Assembly (NCBI GenBank): GCA_951406725.2
Contig: OX597829.1
Coordinates: 7,688,001-7,752,000 of the forward strand
Source of the DNA: Octopus vulgaris
Lineage: Eukaryota
Length of the DNA stretch: 64,000 nucleotides
Reading direction: 5' to 3'
Shown here piece after piece: positions 53,707-64,000 of this stretch. How positions within the stretch are numbered: the stretch's first letter is position 1; every line of letters begins with the position of its first letter. The notes under the pieces were generated by a model that made no database searches, had not been told where the DNA came from, and saw nothing but the letters and a program-made list of their open reading frames with translations. The translations under genes were made by a program, and so were the position numbers.

Positions 53707-56572
53707 TTACGTCGATGCGGTACTGGCTACGGCCACGTTCGGATGGTTTTCTTGTGTGCCACCGGCACTGGTAGATTCATGTTTATAAATTTATAGTGAT
53801 TTATATATTGTAGAAAACATCACTATAAATAGATGGGGAAAATATCGTAATATATATATATATATATGGTAATATATCTGTGTATGTGCGTGTGTATATA
53901 TATATATACACATATATACACACAGACACACACACACACACAAATGTGTGTAAGTCAGTGTTTGTGCCCTATCACTGCAATGACAACTAGTATTGGTGTG
54001 TTTACATCCCTGTAAGTTAGCGGTTCAGCAAAAGTGACCAACAAAATATATACTAAGACTAAAATAATTAAGTACCAGGGTCTATTCATTTGACCAAAAT
54101 TCTTAAATGCGGTGCCCCAGTATAGCTGAAGTCAAATGGCAGAAACAAATAAAAGAGAAAGATGAAAACTGAAAGGACTTTTGAATCAACCTGGATAGTA
54201 TCAGTGGTTGGATATATAGATGGCCAGTTTGAGTGTTGGCTCAGTGCTACCTGGGTACAGACACATTTAGCGTACTAGCTTTGTTATAAATTCATCAACT
54301 ACTTCTAAAATGTGAACATGCTGGGGCACTGTCTCAAAAGTCTTTGTCAAACAAATTAACCCTAGGAAGTTACAGGGATGTAAACAAACTAGCACTGGTT
54401 ACAAATGATGGCAGGAGACAAATGCAAACACACACACACACAAACAAACAAACAGGTTTCTTTCAGTTTCCATCCACCAAATCCACTCACAAGGCTTTGG
54501 TCAGCCTGGGGCTATAGCAGAAGACACTTGTGCAAGGTGCCATGCATTGGGACTGAACCTGAAATCATGTGATTGCAAAGCAAATTTCTCTCCACACAGC
54601 CATAACTGCACGTATATGTCCAGTATGTGCTCGCAATTTGAGAGATATTTGGCTGCTATTTCTATCAAGTTGAGAAAGTATATAGAAGCTCTTTTATTGG
54701 CTTACCATTGCAACAGTTGACTGTAGTACTGTGAGAAATTGAGAATTTCTTCCAAAACAGTCTGATTAACAATCAGATTTATAGACATTTAGAAATTACT
54801 TTCCAGAAGACCCTGCAACAAACCCTTAATTAGTTCAATTAATTTAATTACTGCCTCTGGCAGTTGTCCCACATTTAACTCAGTAGCATGACAGTAACTA
54901 GTAGAAATCAACCAAATAAGCCTAAAAAGTAGTGGTGGCGGCGGCAGCAGCAGCAGCAGCAGTGGTGGTGGTGGTGGTGGTGGTGGTGGTGTAGTTGTAT
55001 CTGAGAATATTGGGTCTCAAGTTTGGAGGAAATGATTCAAGATCAAGGAAAATGGTGGCTTGGTATGCAGTATTCCTGTCTAACTCATGCAACTGCAGAG
55101 ATACTAATTAAAATTGATGATAATGACTATGATGATGATGAAGAGTAGGTAGTAACAATTTGTGGGAGAAGAAGACTGAAAAACTCAAGGTTAATGTGCT
55201 GGTGTCAGATCTCAGGATAATATTGCAAGTACCAAATCAACACAGAAAGGAAGCAAGCCTTCCAATGAGCTAATACGTAAATTTTAAGAAGGAATACAAT
55301 CTGGTACATATATACAGTAGATACTATATTTATTCATGTATAATGTGCATGTTTTCAAGATTTTTAAACCAAAATATTAGATATGCCTATTAGTTATGGG
55401 AATTATATGTGACTCTTCTGTTAATGATGTCAGCATATACAGGATGTTATGACCAGAAGTAAGTTATATTTATTGTCCAAACTAACTGATGTACAATGAA
55501 GAGTTGATACTCCTGTAATAATGTTACATTTTTCTGGCAGACACGTCCTATAGAATTATTATCATCAACCTTAAGGATGGAAAAGCCAGACTCTAATACT
55601 TTGTACTGAAAATATATTTTAAATCCTTGTGCGACATGAATCTGCCTGATAACAGAAGTATCAGTTAGTTCTAGACAGACTAAAACTGTCCAGGTTCCCA
55701 AATCAAAACACAATTGTTTACATACATTTTTAATGAAATAACGAATTTTTTTAAAGCCATTAGCATTCAGAATATTCTGTCAAATGTAATGCTTACCTTT
55801 TCACGTTGTTATGAATCAATCATGCATTAACTCATAGCTTCGAAATTTGAATGATGTGATTATTTTTAGATTGACATTATAGAGTAGGTGTGAGAGGTCA
55901 GCTCTGGCCAGTTTCAACATGAAACATCTAGAATATTTTAGCCAGATATACCAAAGGGTTAATCCAAGTGAGAGACCTTAAATCTCTTCCTTCTATCATT
56001 TATTTATGTTCAGTAATGTGGGCTATTAAATTCAATGTATGTGTTACTGAATTTTTGTTGATAAATTTTCAGAATACTTTTTATTAATACTTTTGTGCCA
56101 GCCTAGATGTGTTGTTTGTAAGGATGTAGCTTGGTTTACTCATAAATTTCATAATGGGAAGCTGAAAAAAAGGCTAAGGAGAAACATATCTATACGTGTT
56201 ATATGTATGTTCATGCCCGTTACCTACAGCATTCAATTATTACTAAACATCACTTTATATCAGCTTTTCTGAGTGTCTCTTTATTACATACTACTGACAA
56301 TTTGCAATGAGGCAGAAATGCATCTGGCATACTTACTAGTCACTGACGCAACAATTTTTGTCTGCGTCCAATATATAACGTGTTTTTAAACACGGTACAA
56401 GCATACAAATATTACATCTAGATGAATACAGTAGTAAATCTATTTCCCACAATGAATTTACATCATGTATGATACATATATGCATATTTTGATACTAGAA
56501 ATATTATTATTTCTTGATCTCTCTAAAAGACACAACAGCATATATAATGGATACTTTTACTTATATAATAAA

Positions 56573-59554
56573 CTAGCAGTATAGCCTGGCATAGCCCGGG
56601 ATTAAGTTAGGATTAGTAAGTGATCAAGCGCTTTATTTCAAACCAAAATTATTGACATCGACATCAAATTTGAGCGAAATCTGTTGAAATTGGTGAACGT
56701 TTGGCTGAAAATGGGTTGCAGGCAATTTGATTGGGAAATTCCATAAGGAATCAGTTTATCGATTATTTCCACACATTGATTTTTTTTTTTTTTGAGAACT
56801 TAAAGCATTCAAAGATCCCATGAGTCCTAAGTAATGCTGGCATCAAGTTTGAGCAACACATGTCAAAATTTGTAAAAGTTACGGTTGAAAATGGGGTGTA
56901 GCCAATTTTAGTGGGAAATCCTACAAGGAATCGGTTTATCAATTTTTTAACCCGATTGAATGGAAAACCCCAAATGGATGCCTGCCACCGATAGTGTTTG
57001 GCCTTGGGATTTGTTGATGGACATGGCAAAGCATGGTCTCACCGGGAACTGTGATCTGCGGAAGTTAAACAGCATGTTTGACCCCAAGAAATCAAGCTGC
57101 ATCTTTGAAATGAAAAGATTTTCACCTCTCATGCACCCTGTAACAATGGTGGCATCAGTCAAATGGGGTGTCAGGGACTTGATTACTAAGCGGATCCCAT
57201 TCCACTGTTTAGGTGGAAGCAAGTTTCTGATTAACATAATTGGGCATCCAACCCTTAGCCTAAGAATGTGAGGTGGAAGCCCTGCTAGCTCCAATGAGTT
57301 GAGTAACTTGATAGGGTAATTGACAATGTCTTAGGGGTCAGAGGCCCAGTCAATTTATTTGTAGATGCGCTCCTCACCCGGATTTCGGCTTATGAGCTGG
57401 TCGTTGACAGCACTGACAGCTACGTTTTGCGGGGGCCAGGATGGTTCTTCCACTGAGCCAATTGATGGCTGCATAATTACTTTCCAGATTGGGGAACATT
57501 GTTTCCAAAAGATCGGAAGGGTTGTCCATGGTGTTGCACAGTTCAGAGAAGGATATGTCACCCCTATCATTCCTCAGGATCTTGCCTTCTCTAAGGGCTA
57601 AAATGTCTTTTGCAAATACTGCAGACGTGCTATCACCAAGTAAGTGCTTAGGCTTAAGGTCTTAACCTGGAGCCACAACATGGATGACTTAAGGCATGCA
57701 CGCACTTCATCAGCCCAGCTCCCTTTAGGGATGACAGGAAGGGTTTGCCAAAAATCTCCTGAAAGCAATAGAGTTACACCACCCATAGAAGCTGTAGAAT
57801 CCCTGATATCTTTCAGTGACTGGTGCATTCGTCTCATACAATGAGACTGTGCATTCGTCTCATACAATGAGACGGCACTGTCTAAGACCTTCACCTTCCT
57901 CTGAATTTTTGCCAATGTTGCCAGTAGGAACCTCGGCCCTCACCAAATGTAAAGGCAACTTGAATGCCGAATGCGCTGTCCTACCTCTTGGCAATAACGT
58001 AGCAGCAATTCCTGAGGAAGCAACAGCTAGCGCAATTTGTTTCTCGCGACGAATCTTAGCGAGTATTAATTGTGTTACAAAGGATTTGCCGGTTTCTCTA
58101 GCAGCATTGAAGAAAAAAATGCCACCCGCCTGTTTTTCAATGGCACTGAGGACAATTTCATACACCAGCCTCTGATCAAGGAGCAATTTCAGTTCATTTA
58201 CGCTCAGGTACTCCGCAAGGCCTTCAGCGCCATATGACAACTCCAAAAGTAACTTTGGTGGGAGTGTGGCAATGAGGATGGCAAACCGAATGTGTTCAAC
58301 GCTTCCCTACCCATTTTGAGCAGGGCATCCTTGATTTCAATCAGCATGTTATTGTAGATCAGGTCATTGTATCCAATGTCAGCATTAGGGCACTGTTGCT
58401 TTGCCAGTCATCATTTGCTTTGACCACCGAGAAGACAAAATTACGTACAGATAATTTCATAAACAGAAATGAATGGGAAAAAGGTTTTAGATTAAATTTT
58501 TAGATTAACACTTGCACAATTTTCACTAAGGAAAAAAAAATTGGATTCTTTGTGTGGAATCAACTACCCTGGCCTCCTAATATGCTACAAAACCCTTTTC
58601 GTGGTTTGAAAAACGGGGTGTGGTGTGGTGGAAGCCTCAGAAATTTTAACCCCCACCACCCATTCATCTTTTCACCATCTATTTTTTAATGTACGTGAAA
58701 AAATACGGAGATTAAGAATATGGAAAACATTTGTTTTTAATCTCAAATTTACCATGAAAAACCCCAGGCAAATTTTTAGATAACACTCGCACAATTTTCA
58801 CTAAGAAGAAAAATCGGATTTTTTGCGTGGAATCAACTACCCTGGCCTCCTAATATGCTACAAAACCCTCTTTGTGGTCTGAGGAACGGGGTGGGGTGAG
58901 GCGGAGCCTCGGAAATTTTACCCATTTATATTGTGTAATATATTGTGTAATTCACTGACAAATTGTTACCTACCTCTTTGTTTCTATGTTGTTAAATAAA
59001 TGGATTATGAACAGAATGCTTTTTTACTTGACATAAAATAAAAACAAAACTCTTTCGCACCCAAAGTAATGTGTGTGTGAGAGAGAGGGGGGAGAAAGAT
59101 GAACGATTTAAAATAGATATATTTTAATTGCTGTGTGAGAAAGTATATATAATCTGATTATAAAATATAGTGTCTTTCAAAAACATCCTAAATTTGAACA
59201 CTATAAGAAAAAAAACATTTTATGCTGTCACTCTCTCTCTCTCTCCCTCACACACACATACATCAACACAACTTTTCTCTCTCTCTCCCTTACACATACA
59301 CACACATTTTCACTTGACTATGGCAAGAAGGGGACTTAACTCATGTTAGCAAACTTCAAAATTGGTTAAAGTTAAGTTTGAAAATCGATTTTTACCGCTA
59401 CCAGCAAGTGCCTCGGGAAAAATAATTTGACGAAAATACAGCTAGGGTCGTGACGAATGTCCGCCTAAAATTGGAGCGACATGCGTGCTAATTTGTGAAC
59501 GTGCATAAACTACATTCACGTATACACACACATCCTGCCTTTTAAATATATAAA
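56573..59554 (-). mobile_element. Deleted Helitron with a decayed PIF1 helicase domain
   Basis: 3' end is hairpin cccgggctatgccagg, then CTAG|T at 56573. 5' end is A|T(T)TATATATTTAAAAGGCAG. Remnants ETGKSF, AVASSGIAATLLPRGRTAHSAFKLP, GGVTLLLSGDFWQTLPV, LRLRVGCPIMLIRNL and FAMSINKSQGQTL. Confidence 0.9.
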
Positions 59555-59660
59555 TTAATGATTACATGCGCGCATCATTCTTCACATACATTGACAATTT
59601 ACATGAAAAATATGAAGCCTTTTCCAGAATAAAGGTCATTTTCATGACCATTATCTATAG

Positions 59661-62216
59661 CAGTGGTTCTTAACCTTAGTGGAAGAACTGAACCCTGCAA
59701 GCATCATCTGTGCATTCACCAAACCCTTTTTTGATTGGAAGAATAAAATATTTCTTCAAAAGACAGGTATATATTTTATTAATGCAAAAAATAAACTATG
59801 CATCAGTTGCACACAAAAATCAAAGAACAAAACCAACAAAACAGGAATTTCACACAAAAAAACATAACTCAATGAATATTTACTGCAAATAAATGTGACT
59901 TTTGCTGTAGCCTTTCATTTACAAGTTCAGAATCGCACGGCTTTCGCAAGTGTCACTCTCATATCATTTTCACAACAAAGTCTGTTCCTTTTCTAAGTTT
60001 TCATGTCTACCATATTTGAAAAGGATTGCTCACAAAGATTCATTGTAACAAATGGTGTGAGTATCTCAAGAGGGTATGGTATGATTTGATGACACCATAA
60101 TGATGAGAGTGTTGTTGTTCTGAAGAGTTGCTGTTGAAGCTGGCTCTGCTGAAGTTCAATGATTTTGTCAAGGTATTTATCATTGACATCTGCTGTTGCA
60201 ACACTAAACGTGACCTGCTGTCCCATCCATTCTGGATATGACTCTCTGGTGGGGAAGTATACGTCGAGAGACTTTGCAAGCTCATCTAAGTACATGGCAA
60301 TTGCTTGGTTCATCTCCCCAGGTACAGAAAAGTCTCCAATTCCAGACATGTCTTCAATCTTACTTACACAGTTGCCCAGCAGAGGAAAGTTTGTGAAGTT
60401 ATCATCCTCTGTTTGTCATTTCCATAAAGGTAGGTTGTTGTTTTTTTTAAATGCCTTCAGGTTTTCTTCCACTTCAGCGATGTTAACCCCACTGCCCAGC
60501 ATCTGGCAACTGAGATGATTGAGAGCATCAAAAATATCAGCCACATATGCCAAAATGAGAAGGAACTTGGAATTTTCAAAGCAATCTGCATGACAATGTT
60601 GGTACTCTCATAAAAACAGGATAAATTCCACATGCATGGCACAAAAAAAAAAGATTCAGCCCCATTCTCCAGGATAACCACCGAATGTTAGAATGATACA
60701 GAAGTACCTTGAATTCAGAACTCATTTCATTACAAAGCTCTTTGAAGATATGGTGCTTCATAGCACTATTTTGCATGTAGTTCACACATTCGACTATAAT
60801 TTTTAATACTTCAGCCAGTTTTGGAGGCAAGGTTTTTGTTATCAACACATGCCTGTGCATAACAATGATGTGTGGTGCATCGGATTTCACCAGTGCTCCA
60901 AAACCAGGGCTGGAACTCTGTCCAAACAATCGGCAAAAACTATATTCTATGAAAGTATGTTGTTTCTGGAGAAGCCATCCGCGAGTTTCTTCACATCAGC
61001 TGCTTTGATTGTTGTTGTAAGAGGCCTACAAAATAGAAAACTTCCTTTATCATGTCATGTCTCACATAGCACACATATACAACAAGCTGGCTTAGGTTGG
61101 AAACGTGAGCAGTCTTGTCAAGTTGGAGGCTGAATTTTGCTGGGCTTGAAATCAGATCTTCAACGACTTGAGCCATGATGTCATCACCCATGTCCTATAT
61201 TCTGCTGCTGATAGAGGAACTTGAGATAACTGACCTTCAGCAGCTTTTCCCAGCATGATATTCACCATCTTCAATGCAGCTGGTTTTATGAGTGTTTCAC
61301 CAATGGTGTGTGGCTTGCTCTGCTTTGTGATCAGGTACGCGACTTCATACGATGTTGTGAGGATCAGTTTGTCCATGAGTACAAAGCCAAAAGCACGCAG
61401 AGTAGTCTTTCCATTGAATCTGATTCTCTTCACCTTGAATTCAGTGAGTGTTGTATTCTTGTATTTCCCACCTCTATGCAGCTTTAGGAAGTGTTCCATT
61501 AGTTTTGCCGGTGCTAGACTAGAACTGCTCAACTTGGTATTGCATATCATGCATTAACAATGCTGACTCCCATCACATTCCTTTATACATGTAAATCCAT
61601 GTTGTATGTTTTCATCCAACCATTTTCTTTTTTTTATTGACTATAGTTAGTATGAAGAGGTTGAAAGATTAAAAGAAAATCACAAACGACATACAACCAC
61701 AACAGCCACAAGTCGGCTGCTGAACACACCAAGTTTCTTGCAGCACAGATATCAAAGCCAAGTGACTTTAGCATGATCGGCTGCAGCCAGTGATGGCCAT
61801 GCGGTGCATGACATCACAAATAATATGAGTGGGCTGAACAGAGTGGACACACACACATAAACCTGGGCTGTGTTCAAAATGCTTTAAAAATTTTTTTCAT
61901 TTATTTATGAATTAACATTTCAAAATTAAATTTTATATTATTATCATTATTTATCTTTTAATAAACTATTTCATCATGGGAATTTATTTTGTGTAACAGA
62001 TTTTCATTAAGCAACTGAATGTTGGTAATCTAACATGGCCAAAGAAAAATTGTGTTGCCAAATTGTCAGCAGTCAATTTTTCAATGACCGACAAAAACCC
62101 AACATTGCTTGTGTGAACCAGGCTGTACTGTGTGTGTGTGTCTTGACCCTTCCAAACCCCTGAGACTGACTCAACAAACCCCTGGTGTTTGATTGAACTC
62201 AAGTTAAGAACCACTG
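59661..62216 (-). mobile_element. hAT (Buster/Charlie; ZBED5/SCAND3-like) DNA transposon, full length, with a decayed transposase
   Basis: TIRs CAGTGGTTCTTAAC / GTTAAGAACCACTG; 8-bp TSD atctatag/atctataa with central TA. Remnants SYEVAYLI..KPHTIGETLIKPA, FSLQLD, LLYHSNIRWLS and PFVTMNLCEQSFS. Confidence 0.93.
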
Positions 62217-64000
62217 ATCTATAAACATTAGAATGAACAAGCTTTTCTTAAAGTACTTTTTTACTCAATTATTATAGAATTGAGTGATTGACTTGAAAAA
62301 TTTTCAAGAGGATGTTTAGAATGATACATACTGTTACTATTGAAATGTGAATACTCACTGAAAACAGAAAAAGAAATAAAAAAAAAAACTGGATATTCTT
62401 TTCTTGAAATATTTGAATTACTATAATGAACTGTTACTCTGTAAGTTTCTATCACAAGGACAAAAGTACCTGATAATGAAGTATTAAAATGGAAGTATAA
62501 TAAAATTGTACTTCCACTATGTCTATTATAGCCTTCAGTACTGGTTGACTTTTCACAAGCCGACTTTATTTTTATAGTCTATACCTGTAATGTTCAAAGG
62601 TCACTTTCAAATATCATTTTTTTTTTTTTGTTAGAAAATACACAAACATTTTCAGTGTTTTTCATACAGTAATCATAATAAATGTAAGGAAGCACATTTT
62701 TTCATAGCTCATCATTAGTGGTACACATTATACAAAAATATACAGGCATAGGAGTGGGTGTGTAGCAAGTAGCTTGCTTACGAACCACATGGTTCCAATT
62801 CAGTCCCACTGCGTGACACCTTGGGCAAGTGTCTTCTACTATAGCCTCGGGCCAACCAAAGCCTTGTGAGTGGATTTGGTAGATGGAAACTGAAAGAAGC
62901 CCAGCACTATATGTATGTATGTGTGTGTGTATGTGTGTTTGTCCCCCCAACATCGTTTGACAGCCGATGCTGGTGTGTTTACGTACCCGTAACTTAGCTG
63001 TTCGGCAAAAGAGACTGATAGAATAAGTACTAGGCTTACAAAGAATAAGTCCTGGGGTTGATTTGCTCGACTAAAGGCGGTGCTCCAGCATGGCCACAGT
63101 TGCATGACTGAAACAAGTAGAAGAGTATTATATGCAAATAAATACGCCAAATCTAGAAACCACTGCTGCTACTGCCATCAGCAATGATCATCACCATCAT
63201 ATTAATGTCCATTTCTTCATGTAGGAAGATCTTCTTGATGAGTCTCAAGTCCAAATACATCGCAGAATAGAACACCACCAGGTTATCTCTTTAACTTGTT
63301 TCAGTCACTGAACTATGGCTGCTATGCAAGGCCATCGCCTTGAAGGGTTCCAGTCAAACAAATCGACTCCAATATTTAGTTTTTAACTCTGATACATTTT
63401 GTATCTGTCCCTTTTACTGAATCCCCAAATCAAATAATAGGGATGTCAATAAACACTGTGTTTGTGTAATGAATGGTCTTCCATTCGCATGGCATTGGTC
63501 AATCCAGGGGCTATAACAGAAGACCGATGTGCATAGAGTACTGCACATAGTTGCAAATCAAGGTTATTAACCATGCCCTTGCCTGGAACACATTAATAAA
63601 ATAACTTACTTTGTTTGAGCAAGTGCCGACCAAATTTCCCCTTTGAAGCTAAAATAGCCACACAGTTAAAATAATAGAAGCAATATTTTGTATATAGATT
63701 AAGATAAGTGAATGGCAGGTGAATCTGTTGTGTAATTGATTACATGGCAAGCAATAGATCATGGTTCAATTTCTTAAACATTCTGGGTTTGAAATATTAT
63801 AACTATTATAATTAACTTTCAATACATATATTGCTATTAATAAAAGGATTTCATAATGAAAGCATTAGCATTAAGTCTTTTGTAAACTTCCTTACCGGTT
63901 GACTTTTTCTCTCAGCCTGATTTAACGGAACAATTTTATAGCTAACATTGTAAAGTTCAAAGGTCATATTCAAATTTATGATTATTCTAGAGGACGCATG

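Noticed and set aside
59993-61550. Domesticated ZBED5/SCAND3-like host gene
   Set aside because: Multiple frameshifts, with TIRs and TSD retained, indicate a dead transposon.
63896-63916. Possible 21-nt minus-strand exon (tcag|GCTGAG...ACCG|gtaagg)
   Set aside because: Weak pyrimidine tract and no MICU3 similarity.

Overview
AT-rich, microsatellite-dense animal DNA. The SINE families and repeat landscape point to an octopus (coleoid cephalopod) genome; this is inference. The only host gene I can support is a minus-strand MICU2/3-type mitochondrial calcium-uptake EF-hand gene. It has two confident small exons (34559-34606, 17802-17884) and one probable exon (1865-1945), separated by introns of about 16 kb, so most or all of the window is probably intronic. 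The introns hold decayed RTE, Tx1/L1, R4/Dong-like and CR1/L2 LINEs, several SINE families, two Helitrons carrying PIF1 fragments, a hAT (Buster/Charlie) element with TIRs and TSD, and MITEs. The most interesting unannotated signal is a set of type I hammerhead ribozyme motifs of Penelope-like origin. One family joins a GIY-YIG fragment, a tRNA-like Pol III module and a hammerhead. Some motifs sit in perfect palindromes, and others have unusually long stem II inserts. There are also several long inverted repeats and a ~1.72-kb tandem duplication. Nearly all long ORFs in the track are microsatellite artefacts. All alignments and folds were done by eye.
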